64,000 bases of DNA. Source: Tubulanus polymorphus. Taxonomy: Eukaryota; Animalia; Nemertea. Of the stretch, positions 1-14,055 are shown one piece after another. Within the stretch, counting starts at the first letter, position 1; every line of letters starts with the position of its first letter. Location: assembly GCF_964204645.1 (NCBI RefSeq), contig NC_134030.1:2646778-2710777 (forward strand), in the 5' to 3' direction. Both the position numbers and the translations under genes were made by a program. The notes below the pieces were generated by a model that did not search any database, was not told the DNA's origin, and was given only the letters and a program-made list of their open reading frames with translations.

Positions 1-173
1 TGAACTAAAGCATTGATTTTCATCAACCCATTTTACACTGTATTGAAGGATTGCCAAAAAGTCTTCTTTTACTTAGAGTTAAATGATTGTAAAGTGACTG
101 AATTGACTTAGATATTGAGGAGGTAAAGTTGAAAGATCTATGAATATTGATGTGTAGTTATATTCTGTATCAG

Positions 174-3100
174 ACTCCGGTGGTGACTGAAATCGCCGGT
201 GCTGACCTGGACTCGGACGTCGAGGAGATCGAACCGTCTGAATCCGGCGTCGCTGACATCGAGGACATCGCCGCATCAACAAAGACAGCCGGTAAACGAG
301 CGGTAGTTGTGACGACGTCCAGTAAACGAAAACGAGCTAAAGACGATACGGGGAACACTGAGCAGACGGATTTGAGTAAATCATGGTTAGAGCTGTTAGG
401 ACCCCCTCCAAAAATGGGTAAAACAAAGGTGAGAAGTCAAGGTCAATCCTAGTTGAATGCTTTAGAACTTAATCCTTTATTTGTTATAGTTCTGAAAATA
501 TCTTGAATTGAAGTCCCAGTTGTTGGTTCAGATATTTCACTCTGCATTTAAAACATGGAAAATGAACTGATTCTCACTCAGACTCATGCGGCTGATTGCT
601 GATCTTTAAAGAAAATTTTTTCCTAAATTCCTAAGATCGATATTGCGATATCGTTTTCAGAGTGAGATTCTCGAATGGTTGACGTATCAGAAGAAAAAAT
701 GGAGGATTCAACAAGATCAACGAGAAGAAAGATTTAAACGACGTCGTATCGATAATGGCAGCAGCGGTGGCGCCACCGGTGGCGGTGAACTCGAGCAGAC
801 GGGTTTAGGATTGATTCGTAGCAGCGCGAATACAATGGGAGGATTCCTACGTCAGAAAGCTAGAACTTTATTCAATACGGCCTGGCAAATCATACAGGTA
901 ACTACTATACTACAGCGTAGATTCAGAATCAGTGTAGAATCAGAATCAGAATCAGTATAGAATCAGAATCAGTGTAGAATCAGAATCAGGAAGAATCAGT
1001 CCATGAGATACATCCCAATTTGAAACTGATATCCGACAACCACTGACCTGGAAAACTCAGGGAATCAAAAAAACCTAGCAAAAAGTCAGGGCAAACTTGA
1101 GGTGTGAGCTGAATGAAGTCTGCTCTCTTCGTTGTCTTTCTTGTTCTCAACCATATTCTGTGTGTAAATATGACATCTCAATAGTCGACAAAAACCCACA
1201 ATAAAAAAGAAAAACTGATAGTTTGACGTTTCGACTCAAATCTATGAGCCATTTTCAAAAACATCTCAAATGACATCTGAAACTGATTTATTATGATGTA
1301 CATATCAGAATGGTTTGAAGCTGTTATTTGAAGTATTTATTGTGTATATTGAATAGATCGCTGAAACCGGTCATCCGGGTCAGTTCAGAATGTGGGCGCT
1401 GGTCGGAACTGACCTTCATTGTATTAAACTGAACGTCCCGAGAATATTCTACGTCAATCAAAAAACACCGAAAGCCGAAGAGGAAGGAGCTCGTAAGTTA
1501 AAACCAGCTCGTAATACCGTGATTCGCATAGTACGGGGAAATCGGGAAAACTTGATGGAAAATTCAGGGAAATTTGATAAAGATTGCCATATTACTCATA
1601 TAATCTAACAGTTTCTGTGTATGTCTTACGTTTGTCTTAATTGATTGAATTGTTAGCAGATTGAGTCAATGAAAACAACACGATGAATGTCAATCATTGT
1701 CGGGGAAAAATCAAGTCAAATCAAAAATGGCCGCCACCCTGTATTTGTATATTTGGTATTTTCTAGTGTGGAGGAAAACTAGTCGTACATTGCCTCGTTC
1801 TCATCCTGTTTATCATTTATACGAATATTCCGTTCCTGAAGATATTTATCAACAGCACATGAAGTAAGCACCGATATAAAATCACATTCGTTGACACGCG
1901 ATTGTCTTACACTGAATCATTTGTCAGTGACGCGCGACGTGTTTTTGTTTTACAGTGAAATCAGCGCCGATCTATCGTCACCTGACATCGAAGGTGTTTA
2001 CGAAACGCAAGTGACGCTTGAATTTCGGGCGTTGGTTCAACTCGGTTGCCTGGTTACCGTCAGCCGAGACCACGCTCGTCTAAACATGGGAAAGGTACGT
2101 TATTGACCAGCGAGCCAGTGTTGGACTCGGTCGGCCCGATGTCTGACTGAAAAAAGAAATCCTTCAGTTAGAATGAAGAACATTAAATGCGAAATGTTTC
2201 CTTGAGCTAATGATTTATTTTATGTTCTGGGGCCAGTTGCTCAAAAGATAACCGGTGGATAAATACCATAGAAACAATGAAGTTTTAATTGTCACTATGT
2301 CAACTATCCACTGGTTAACTCTAACCAACTTTTTATCAACTGCAGCCTCTGACTTCTAGGATACTTATTTAGTATTAATGAAGATGACTATTGGGATACA
2401 GTTGTAACATCAAATGAATATTAGCTCTTTGAACTATTTCTATTTTTCATTCTTTGTGAGGAGAGAATCCCACAATGATAATAAAAAGTCCGAAAAAGTC
2501 CGGGTGTTTTCATTCTTGATGATAATAAAAAGTCCGAAAAAGTCCGGGTGTTTTCATTCTTTGTGTGCAGGATTTTAATATTACGGTTACAACATGGACT
2601 CATGGAGTAATTCATCAACGATTCTACGAATGATTAATGATGTATTTTCAGGAGACGGACACGTTTGATTTAGAAAATCTCGAGTTTCGAACTTTAGCTC
2701 AATACGCCTACCTCGAACCGGGTTCTGCTAGATACATCTATCTCTATCATCATGTTTGGTAAGATTTCCCGATACAGACTTTAAACCGAGGGCAAAATCA
2801 GAGAGTTTTCAACGAATGGTTTTATTTTCAGCGGGAATAAAATACTCTACGGATTATTTCTGCCGATGTTGAAGAAAGCGACTGTTATCGCCGTGGATAC
2901 GGTCAGAACGAATCAGATGCCGAATTTACAATCGATGTACAATGCTGAGCATAATACGAGGTGAGGTTCTCGGGAGAGGCCAGGGGAGGGGTGCTTGGAG
3001 GCCAGGGGAGGTGTGTTGGGAGGCTAGGGCAGGCGTGTTGGGAGGCTAGGGGAGGTGTGTTGGGAGGCTAGGGGAGGTGTGTTGGGAGGCCAGGGCGGGT

Positions 3101-6100
3101 GTGCTGGGAGGCCAGGGGAGGTGTGTTGGGAGGCTAGGGCGGGCGTGTTGGGAGGCTAGGGGAGGTGTGTTGAGAGGCTAGGGGAGGTGTGTTGGGAGGC
3201 CAGGGCGGGTGTGCTGGGAGGCCAGGGGAGGTGTGTTGGGAGGCTAGGGCAGGCGTGTTGGGAGGCTAGGGGAGGTGTGTTGGGAGGCTAGGGCGGGCGT
3301 GTTGAGAGGCTAGGGGAGGTGTGTTGGGAGGCCATGGCGGGTGTGCTGGGAGGCCAGGGGAGTTTCTTTACAAAGAACAAAGTTTCATTTGTTAAATTGA
3401 TTTAATGCAGTATTTGAACCACCATGAGCCTGTAGTTTACTCAGATAATTAATTGTTTCATGTTTGATTTTCTCAGATTAAAACATTGGAATAAACCTTT
3501 AAACCTTAGACAGTTTCTAAGTTTTGACTAAACTTTTAGTCAAAACTGCCAGCATAAATTGTTAAATTATCAACTGTGAGTTTTGCTCATTCAACACAAT
3601 ATGTTCATCCTTCAAATGTCAATTTGCAAGAACTCTGTAACTCAGACAATGGTTATTTTATCGTTAGATTATCAAAGTTAGACGGAAACGAGGAACGTCT
3701 GCCGCCTGCGGATCATACGTTCGATATTCACATCGAGAAAGATATCAGACAAGTTTATAAACTGTTACAACGAGCGCTCGGCAAATATCAAGACGAGAAA
3801 CTAGGAGCTACTTACATCGCTGTACAATCATGTCAGAGTAAGTGTTATCACTCAACAGTTTACTATTTAGACGTAATATAAACTAGATCTGTTGTTATTG
3901 AGGTTTTTCAGCCTCCAGCTTTTTCCATGTATTGGTTGAAAAAACACTATAAGTGTTATATATACATGACAGACTTGAAGTTAATATACAGCAAGTTGCC
4001 GGCACTTGTTAACAAACAAATGTGCAAGACTTTAAGATATTGAAATCTAACCCCCATTGCAACTATTGAACCTCAGAGTTTGTGAAGCCATTCATAATCT
4101 TTTGTTGTAATGCGTGGCAATTCTCCAGCACTGGACCCAGTTCCACAGTTCTGAGTTAGAGTTTAACTCTGAGTTAAAATTAGTTCATTTTCAATGTTTT
4201 AACTCTGAGTCAAATCCTAACTCACGACTGGAACTGGGTCCTGGTTGACAAACAAACTATGATGGCAAACTGCACAACACCTCCATCAGAATGACTGACC
4301 TTACAGTAAATGCATGACAAGTCAGTCAGGGCTAGAAATATCTGAACTAATCTATCTTACCTGTGTTGCAACCATTTGGTACTATTGAAGGATACTGATA
4401 TATTTCGATTTCAGGTTTTCCGGCCCTTGTTTCTCAGATGCCGGTGTTAGCTGATTTTCCAATGGTCCCGATACACGTTTCTGAAAGGTATCATTCACAC
4501 CGTCGTCCAGTAATCGATATTTCAATATTCAATCGACGATGATAGTAAAATGATTGATATATAATTACAGCGAGGATTTGTACAATGTGTTGGATTGGCA
4601 GAGAATTGGATGTCGTCGAATGATTCAACATTATTTACACGTCGAGATCATTGTTCAGGTAGAATATTCACAGGGTGGCGCCACTGACAGTCTTAAAAAC
4701 CTGAAAAAACTCAAATAAATCAGAAAATTTAGGGAATTTAGGACAAATTTTGTAATAACCCTAAACTCATGGAATTTGGATGCTATTGACATATTATAAC
4801 TTTAAATCAAAACATTTCTTTATTCACCTGCTGCAGATTCACTGATGTAGTTTTACGTTATAGCATGAAAAATCCTGGGAATTTTAAACGGGTCGTAAAT
4901 TGGCTTATTTCAGTTATGATGTATATATTTATTTATGAATGGTTTCTAGGCGATGACGGAACAATGTCGATATTTCCACGTTCCGCTCGGTAATTTACCG
5001 CGAGATACGACAATGTTCGGGTGCGATCTGTTTTTCGCGCGTCACCTACGGAAACACAATCACTTGTTGTGGTGTTCGCCGACCGAACGTCCGGATCTCG
5101 GAGGGAAAGAAGCTGATGATAATAGATTGAGTACGGAAGGTGACGAATATTCAAGCGTCGAAGTCAATAATTCGGGATGTTATCCGACTATCTGTATTGA
5201 ACTGGATATAGCCAGTTTACCAATCAACGCTCTACTTGAGGTCAGTACTATCCACTATCTGTAACTGAAATATCATTATCCCTTAATCATAATCGTTACA
5301 ATGAACTGATTATCAAGACTTCACCAGGTCTCCTGTTAGAAGCCGAGGCATTTTGATTTTCAAATTAAATTACAGTTTTTCCCAACCCTACAGACATTTT
5401 ATCAACATGCATTGGTAATCTGATCGTCCATACTTCACCCATTCGATGGTGGTTGACTGACAGGGCGCAGGCTATTGACAGCAGATTGTCTGAGAGGGTG
5501 CTGGGTACACACATCAGATTGCCTGAAGGGGTGTTGGATACAGACAGCAGATTGTCTGAAGGGAAGCAGGGTACAGACAGTTGATTGTCTGAGGGGAAGC
5601 AGGGTACAGACAGCAGATTGTCTGAAGGGAAGCAGGGTACAGACAGTTGATTGTATGAAGGGGTGCAGGGTACAGACAGCAGATTGTCTGAAGAGAAGCA
5701 GGGTACAGACAGTTGATTGTATGAAGGGGTGCAGGGTACAGACAGCAGATTGTCTGAAGGGAAGCAGGGTACAGACAGTTGATTGTCTGAAGGGGTGCAG
5801 GGTACAGACAGTTGATCGTCTGAAGGGGTGCAGGGTACAGACAGCAGATTGATACCTGTTATGGAGATCTCAATATCTGCTGTTAAGAAGATGATTATGT
5901 ATATATTTCAGTCGACCCGTGTAACCGAACAGGAAGGCGCCAGCACGGTCAGTTTTGATGTGATACCTCAACAGTCTTTAGAGGATATGTTAGAGGGTCA
6001 GGGAGCTGCTACTACTCTTACTGGTTATGATGAGACAGCCTTGTGTTCGGTGGCTTTCAGGTCAGTATCTCTTCATTCCATTTCATCTGCCCAGATTTTT

Positions 6101-9100
6101 ACAAAAAAATCATGTTGTGAAAACTAAGATATTTTTGCAAACTCAGGATTCATCAGATATAACAAAAGAAAATCGAATTTCTACCCAAATTCTAATAATT
6201 TCATACTGGATATAGCGAATGGATTTGCCGATGCCCGGACCCAGTTCAGTTGTTATATGAACCTAGAATTTTTAGGTTAAGTTTGACTCATTAAGTTTGA
6301 CTCTTACCCATGTTTTAACTTCATAAGTAGTGAAATTTTAACCTGATGTTTGTAAATGATGTAAAGTGGTTCCACTGTAATTGCTGATCAATTGTAGCTA
6401 ACATAAACATTACACGCTGATTAATATTCATGAATTGCTGATCAATTGTAGCTAACATCAATGTCACTCACTGATTGATATTAATGAATGAATGATTTTG
6501 AATTGTTTAGAATAATGAAGAGTATGGTTCACAGTTGGATACGAGACGTCACTCAACATCAGAACGTTTTCGCCGATCATCAAATCATTCATTTCTACCG
6601 GTGGGTTCGTTCATCGAGCGCGCTGCTTTACGATCCGGCTCTCAGGAAAACTCTCATCAATCTGATGAAGAAACTATTCATGCAGCTGATCGCCGAATTC
6701 CGGCGTCTCGGTTCGACGATCGTTTACGCCAATTTCAACCGGCTGATTTTATGCACGAAGAAACGTCGTATAAAAAACGCGTTGGATTACGTGGAATACA
6801 TCACGAACACCATCAGATCACGTGAATTATATCACTGTATCGATATTACGTTTAGTCATTGCTGGGAGTTCCTGCTGTGGCTCGATCATGTAAGTCTTCA
6901 CTTGAAATCAATTGAAACTTATGTCGATTTCGACTTTGTTTGATGTGAGGTCGGGTAACCTAGCGCAGTCAGTTTTGTTGGTACATACCTGATATAGGTC
7001 TTGAAATGACCAGCACAGACGATCAGCTGAACCATGGACGTATAAACTAGCTTGTTAAAAAAAACTAACTTCTGTCGGAACTAGCCGAATATACCCGAAT
7101 CACAGCCAAAGCTGTCGATATCAATTACGCAATAGGCAAGATATGTGAAGAGTTAACTCAGCGCTGATAAGGAGTGTCGGAAATACAGTGGATTCCTTTG
7201 AACTATGCTGGTGCGTCGTCCTTCTAGTTTATACGTCCATGGCTGAACTAAAACATCGAATTTTAATCAATCCATTCTACAATTTATGTAAGGATTACCA
7301 TTCATTTCTGCTTGAAATTACCGTAATTTAGACTTATTGTAGTCTATCTAATGTACCTGCATTATTGAAGGTTTGGCTATTTTTAGATTGGACTCTAGAG
7401 TTTCATCAAGATTACTTTCTCAAACTAGAAATTATATGATTCGCCTATGAACTAATTTCAACACTTGAGTACTGTTAATGAATTTGCAGTTGACTTTGCC
7501 TCCCCCTGATAGTTAGTTCGATAGTTTTTAACTCAAAATGTAACAAATCTGTCACTCATCAACTGTCAAACTGGATCTAGATCTCGACGCTGAAGTTTCA
7601 TACCACAAGAAAGAATGAAACGTTTCTGTTCTGATTTCAGGCAAATTTCGGTGGCGTAAAAGGCAAAGAATTCTTCAACAACGGTGAAGAGGAAAATAAA
7701 GAAAATGAAGAGGATGATGAGAACGTATGTACACCTCCCGAGAGAGAGGATGCTGCTGGAGCAGACGACGGACCTTCGATTGAGATGAATTGGAATATTT
7801 GTAATTTTTTACCAGAAGCCGCGGCGTGTCAAACTCATTTCAAGGTAAAAAACAACAGTATCATTTACTTCATAAAGTGTGCATAAATAATTTACGAACA
7901 CTTTAACCCTTTCCATGCTGACTAATCAATACCCTATAGTGCTTGAGAAAATGTGAAAATTTGGGAAAATTCCACCCTAGTGTGTTGAACAACGGGAATA
8001 GCACTATAGTGCGTCTACACCGCGGCGCGGTGTATCGTTAGTTACTAATATTTCACTATGTTTGACACGTGCTGCCATTTTTCAAGAGAGATAATTACTA
8101 ATTAAATCAATACACCGCAGTGCGGTGTGCTAGCAAAATCCATCACTGATTTATACGCCGCACTGCGGTGTAGACGCACTGAAAGGGTTTATATCTGATT
8201 CGATGATTTCGATATTTTCAGATGATTGTAGCCGGTTATATAATGTCCGTTTATGAACATCTTCACGAAGAACACAATCGTTTAACGCCGGGAAATACAC
8301 CGGTTCGTAGACGCCGGAACAGCCTGTCACAAACTACTCAAACACCGACCAGCAATCCTGCTGCTACTGCTACTACTGCTGCTACACCGGTTACTGTACA
8401 GTTCTCACAACAGCTCATCTCGAAAGATATCCAACAAAATCTACTAATGTTAGTAATATCTACTTTATCACATAGTTCATAAACAGGGCAGCCACTGACC
8501 TGGAAAAACCTGGACAACTCAGGGGGGATTTGGATTTGCTGTTGACCACGCGTTTTTTTATCAACACGTGATTCGTGAAAAATGAATAAATTGCTCCGTT
8601 CACCTGCCACAGATTCACTCTGGGAATTTTGCGTCAAAACATGGAGAACTAAGGGAATTGTTAAAAATTGGGGGAAGTGGCCACCCTAATAAAAGTACGG
8701 AGGAAACCTTTGACATTTGGGTCTACCTCCATTTTAAAGCTTTATGTTTACAGAGTGATGTGGATAATTAAAAGCCCCTCTCACTGCAAGGTTGCGTACA
8801 TACCTTATAAACGACTCCTAAGTTGTAATCCGATGTCTTTAAGCCAAGACGAAATCTATTTTTGTTTGTTAACTTTTCAGGACTGTTCAGAAGATTAAAA
8901 AGAAACTGTCAGGTGGCCAGGGCTTGGAAAACTCGTCCGAGGAGTTCCCTCAACTACCAGGGTCGCATCTAAAATTGACAAACCCGGCTTTAGAGTTCAT
9001 CAAATATATCTGCAAGGTAAATAAATTAGAAAACGACCGCGTGAATTTTATAAACTTTCGACTGCTTTAGTTTACTTTTATTTCTGAAAAAAATGAAATT

Positions 9101-12100
9101 AGATCTTACATCATTCCATATAATATGGTATTACAAAAAGAACTTTAGACCTTATAAACGGATGTAACAGCAAGGATACTTGCGAAAGCTTGAAGTCAAG
9201 AGTTACGTTTATGTTAAACAAACTTGGTTGATTTGTTGTGTGTGCTATTTTTAGGTGCTATCATTAGATTCGAATGTTGATATTCAAGTAACACAGTTAA
9301 AGAGGAATCTATTGAAATTGATCGGTATCGGAGAATTCTCATTCGACGCTGAATTCAACGATCCTTGTTTGACTTATATCATTCCTGAGGTAATTATAAC
9401 AGTCGTCGATGACCCAGCTTCAAGGTCATAACATCGGAATTCTAACTCGTGCAAGAACTATGGAAGTGAACCAAGGGCCAGTTCTTATGTCCATAAGTGG
9501 ACATAAATCTTTAGACTGTTCTTAAATTGTTCTTAAATTGTTGACTATAGAATTAAGATGGTCTGTAATTGTAAGGGTCAACTAATTAACCGGCCACTGG
9601 AGTTTAAGGCCAGGCTCTGATAGGACTTCTTTAAAGTTGTATTTCATGTATTTTCAGATGATTTGTAAACATTGTAACCACATCAGAAATTTAGATTTAT
9701 GTCGAGACCCGTATTTACCACAGGATGGAAATTACACGTAAGTTTGCGATACAAACTTCTCTTCAAATCAAAAAACAGGGAATCGTCGGGGAATCCTCTT
9801 TTCACTGGGAATAGTCGGGAAAGTTTGTGAATAAGTTAATAATCAGGGGAAAGTGGGGGAAATTTGTTGAGATTGTTAGATCATGCGTCTAATTTGACAG
9901 TTTCTGTCTATGTCTTACATATTTGACTGTGTTTATTAATCGAATTCTTAGCAGATCAAATCAGGGAAAATGATGTGTATTGCAGGCAATAATCAGGGAA
10001 AACTCTGGGAAATTTGTTAAAATTGCTTGATCATCAAACAGTTACTGTCTACTGGGGCAGGTCTTACGCATATACGCATTAATTGATTGGATTCTTACCA
10101 GATCAAGTCAGGGAAAACAACGTGCATGTCAGGGAATAGTCAGGGAAATAAAATGGCCGCCCCTGAACAAAAACTGTTACTGTTGATGTTGGATGAAATG
10201 ATGATTTTGTATTGCAGTGAGTTTTGGGCGTGTAATCATTGTAAAACTCAATATGACGTGACGGAAATTGAACAACAATTGATCGACGTCATACACAGAA
10301 AATCAATGGCTACAGTTTTACAGGATTTGAAATGTGTTAAATGTAATGGGGTAAGTTCTCACCAACCACCAGGGGGCTTTGTTTCTCACCAACCATCAGG
10401 GGGGGTTGTTTCTCACCAACCATCAGGGGAGGGATAGTTAAAATGTATGTCAAACCTTTACCTTTTCTACCCATGTATATAAGAAAATTCTTGCTTTGAT
10501 TTGGCTAATAACCACGATTGGGTTTCATAGAAGTGGGAACATTTTGAAATTTGTCAGTTATGTTTTTGCATTGAAACTTGTGATAATTAACCCCTGATAT
10601 ACCACTATACCACTGGACTGTATAGAGAAATGTGGTATCGGGTCTAGGATATTTAATAATTTTGAGCCCCTCCCCTGCGCACTTTAGGAAGCACGCTACG
10701 AAATGAGTTTATATTTCAGATAAAAGTTTGTTAAAGTTAAAAGTTTCGCATTGTTTGAGAGTTAAATTATTTGAAACAGGCATGTTATGAACTGTTATGA
10801 AGTGGTTGCTACCACCATTCATCAGTATAAAGTCATAGTATAAATCAGATACAAATATTGTGTATTGAATAAGTCATGAATCACTGCACATAGTTAGGTT
10901 ATAGGGAATATAGTATGGACATATTGAGTATGGAAAATGAGTTTATTGTGAGGACTGAAACCTTTGTTGTGGTTGACAGAAGCATTAGAGTGAGGTCAAA
11001 TCAAAGCTGATTCAGCTATAGAGTCAAACTATATTGACAATACATAACTATAGGGTATGGGTGCAGAGTGTATTGTTGGGAACTTAAGCCTTTGTTGCGG
11101 TTAAAGAGTGATTGGGGTGAAAGCTCAATCAACTACAGTCCAACTCTGATATATCAGCCCCTGATGAACCACCACCCTCGCCAAATACCAAGTTTTTGTT
11201 GAGAAAGTAACATTTTGCATTGGAACTGGTGATAATTAACCCCTGATATACCACTATACTACCGGTTAGATTGAGGTTGACTGTGTAGATTTACTATAAT
11301 TTATTATTTACTATATTAAATTTTTTGTTGAAAATCGATGACTCTGCCCGTAAATATAATGTATATGTATTATAGCGATGATTATAAGTAAAATAAAATC
11401 TAATCTAATCTAATCTAGAGAGCTTACTTACAATGTGGTATCGGGTCTAGGATATTTATTGATTTTGAGCCCCTCCCCTGCACATTTTAGGAGGCACACT
11501 ATGAAATGAGTTGTTTTATATTTCAGATAAAAGAAGCGAACATGTCGTCTTACTGTAAATGTGCGAGTGATTTCACGAACACAATGGACGTAAAAACATT
11601 CGCTCAAATCATTAAAACATTCAAGAGCATCGCTGAGTAAGTGAACCATGAACTAACATCTGATTGAATTATAAGATATCCTCAGCGGGGGCTGTCTCTT
11701 TATCAAGGGGTTCCTTGTGTCACTCGTCACCAGCGTGAATAACAAGACACCAAAAATTCAAATTCCCTGATTGAATTATCAGATATTCTAAGTGAGGGCT
11801 GTCTCTTCATCAAGGGGTTCCTTGTGTCACTCGTCACCAGCAAGAACAACAAGACACCAAAAATTCAAATTCCCTGATTGAATTATCAGATATTCTAAGT
11901 GAGGGCTGTCTCTTCATCAAGGGGTTCCTTGTGTCACTCGTCACCAGCAAGAACAACAAGACACCAAAAATTCAAATTCCCTGATTGAATTATCAGATAT
12001 TCTAAGTGAGGGCTGTCTCTTCATCAAGGGGTTCCTTGTGTCACTCGTCACCAGCAAGAACAAGACACCAAAAATTCAAATTCCTTAACTTTTCTTAGAT

Positions 12101-12300
12101 TTCAGCGAAACCTGCGGGGAAAGATAAATGCAGAATTCCCAGCTCGTCCTCTGTGATGTTACTATTTTACTTTTGTGATATTTAAGCCTTAAAATGTTCT
12201 CATTTTATTATTTTTAATATTTTGCAGACATTATAAAATGGAACTGCTGTACGACGTTGTCAACTGGATTTTAATAATGAATCCACACATCAGTAAATGA
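174..12300 (+). CDS. POLE: DNA polymerase epsilon catalytic subunit, 3' part (21 exons; 5' part lies outside the window)
   Basis: Phase-consistent GT-AG exons: 174-428, 661-897, 1357-1492, 1767-1863, 1956-2094, 2652-2758, 2832-2960, 3668-3837, 4415-4487, 4571-4658, 4950-5240, 5912-6060, 6511-6889, 7641-7844, 8222-8448, 8881-9016, 9255-9389, 9658-9737, 10218-10350, 11527-11636, 12228-12300 (TGA). The peptides are typical of the Pol epsilon C-terminal half: [101 protein letters not shown]. CysA (CKHC...CNHC) and CysB (CVKC...CKC) metal-binding motifs are present. Confidence 0.97.
920..1000. repeat. Degenerate (AGAATC)n microsatellite
   Basis: Repeated agaatc/agtgt units in a POLE intron. Confidence 0.8.
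2970..3361 (+). repeat. G-rich 22-bp minisatellite (~17 copies)
   Basis: Unit ttgggaggctaggggaggtgtg and variants, starting just after the donor at 2961. Confidence 0.93.
4134..4240. mobile_element. Short palindromic MITE family (GACCCAGTTCC...GGAACTGGGTC)
   Basis: TIRs flanked by ctg/ctg (3-bp CWG TSD, as in some PIF/Harbinger elements). Related copies lie near 42770-42850, 44628-44720, 44797-44886 and 53905-54008. Confidence 0.7.
5455..5851. repeat. 30-bp minisatellite (~13 copies)
   Basis: Unit cagggtacagacagcagattgtctgaaggg-type, in a POLE intron; it generates the spurious ORF 5475..5852. Confidence 0.93.
7033..7241. mobile_element. MITE with perfect 18-bp TIRs
   Basis: catggacgtataaactag ... 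ctagtttatacgtccatg, flanked by the direct repeat gctgaac (7026-7032 / 7242-7248). It is inserted into an older dispersed repeat. Confidence 0.85.
7907..8187 (+). mobile_element. piggyBac-like MITE, copy 1
   Basis: ttaa|ccctttc ... gaaaggg|ttta termini; the body is near-identical to 43300-43587 and the reverse complement of 43871-44133. Confidence 0.85.
8483..8688. mobile_element. Degenerate non-autonomous DNA transposon family (CAGGGTGGCCAC-type ends, internal GGAAAACTCAGGGAA repeats)
   Basis: cagggcagccac ... gtggccaccct ends. Related remnants lie near 1040-1100, 1520-1741, 4670-4790, 9775-10165, 48305-48633 and 50450-50930. Confidence 0.6.
11661..12085. repeat. 107-bp tandem repeat, 4 copies
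   Basis: Units start at 11661, 11768, 11875 and 11982 (tgattgaattat...aaattccc) in the last POLE intron. Confidence 0.95.
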
Positions 12301-12837
12301 TAGGATTGAGTCATCGTCTCGTGATCTTCATTCATCCGCAGCCGATACTAATCAGCTGATTCAGTAAATCCAGTATCCAGTAAAGCCTGCTTCATCCAGG
12401 GCCAACCAATTTATTTAATTTATCTACTTGGGGAGTCTTTTATATAATAAGATGAAAATGATCCCGATTAAGCAGGTTTATTGATTCTTGCATGTATAAT
12501 GATGTCAATGAAACTCTGCTAATTAATGTAAATATTTTCATTTCAAATGTTAAAATGATGAGTTGAATCACTTTTTCTTCTCATGATTTCAATGAACGCA
12601 TAGTAAAAATAACAATGTCTAATAAGCTGAATAAATACTTTATTAAAATAAAGACAAAAATACAAATCTTTTTTTCCTTCACGACGTTGAGTTTTACGCA
12701 CAATATTTAATATATCGTTTCATATGTACAGTGTAGACTACGCTCGAGTCGGATTCAATCAACTCGGAGATAACCGTTTATCTTGGACGTTTGTTGAAAT
12801 TGATTTTTCGACACATGAGACTGTTTTTACCTAGAAT

Positions 12838-12993
12838 GGGATCATTCATTTATTACGTGTACAAATTAGGGGAGGGGTCAGTGCAAATGCGTACTGTAAT
12901 GCTGAATGTATATGAAAAAATGACCGATTTAGCGTACAGAGGGGGAGGGGGGTAGAAAAAGTCAAATTTTATGCATACGTAATGAATGATCCC
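12838..12993. mobile_element. MITE with 3-bp TSD
   Basis: aat|gggatcattcatt ... aatgaatgatccc|aat. Confidence 0.8.
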
Positions 12994-13603
12994 AATGCGT
13001 TGAAGTCTAACACAAATATCGGAACCATCGCAATGGAATATGAATTATACTGCAATTAACTCGAATGATCGCCAAATTTCGAAGATCACGTGTCCCAATT
13101 GAATTAGGAGGAGTTAACTGTAACGTATAAAACGCAGATATCACTAAAATGTTCATAGTCCCAAAAGTTCTGACACGAACGAGTCTACTGTATAACGTTA
13201 GAGATAGATGATATAATTTGTTTTTTAAGTTGGAATGCATTAGTCTGAGACGGTTTTAAGGAATACAGGTTTAAACAGTTGTAAACTGTCTGTTAGTGGA
13301 ATGGATATAAAAACTGCCGGACGGAAAACAATAGGAGTCAGTATCGCGAGCTAATAGCTCTCGCCCTTCATCAATCTGTGAAAACAATGTCTGATATTTG
13401 TAAAAATCTTATTTATAAATTCATCAAAAAATAACTTACAATGTATACATGATGACTGACCAACAGACATAAGACATGAGCATTTTTTCAAATAAGAAAT
13501 CTCATTAAAAAAAGTACGTTCACTACAAAATAACAAGTACAACACGAAGTGTAATTCAACAAGCACAATATGTCAAGAACATTGAAACAATTACATTTAA
13601 TAT

Positions 13604-14016
13604 AGGCGAATTTATCACGTCAAATTATATTATATTTGATTTTAAGCAAAATCGTTTTTATCTTGTCATAATCAAATTAGATTTGGTCTAATTTTTTAAT
13701 TTTACACGGCATCAAATTCAAATCGATTTGTCAAATCATTAAATCACCCCCGGAGGTGATTTGATACGATTTCAAGATGGTGGACTCACAAATTTGTTTC
13801 GAAAAACTGATATAAATGTCAAAACTGAAAAAGAAACCTGAAACTCATTCATAGGAAATAATATTTCATTAAGCGGGACAGTATTTTCTAGTCAGCCATT
13901 TGGAACAAGCCGCATTAAATTCATCATGTTGTGCAAAACTAATTTGATTAGATTACACGTGACTAGCAAATTATGATTAGGAAAATCAAATCTGATTTGA
14001 CAAGATAAATTCGCCT
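13604..14016. mobile_element. MITE / foldback element
   Basis: aggcgaatttatc...tcaaat / atttga...gataaattcgcct inverted termini, with tat on both flanks. Confidence 0.75.
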
Positions 14017-14055
14017 TATATTTAAGGGAAGTCTTTCAAAGTTTTCTCATTATTT

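Noticed and set aside
1215-1260. Second hammerhead-like motif (minus strand UUGAAAA...GAAACGUC)
   Set aside because: The core CUGAnGA box is mutated; it is probably a dead Penelope-like fragment.
5475-5852. 125-aa ORF with a 10-aa repeat ([10 protein letters not shown])
   Set aside because: It is the translation of a 30-bp intronic minisatellite, and the flanking POLE exons join in phase without it.
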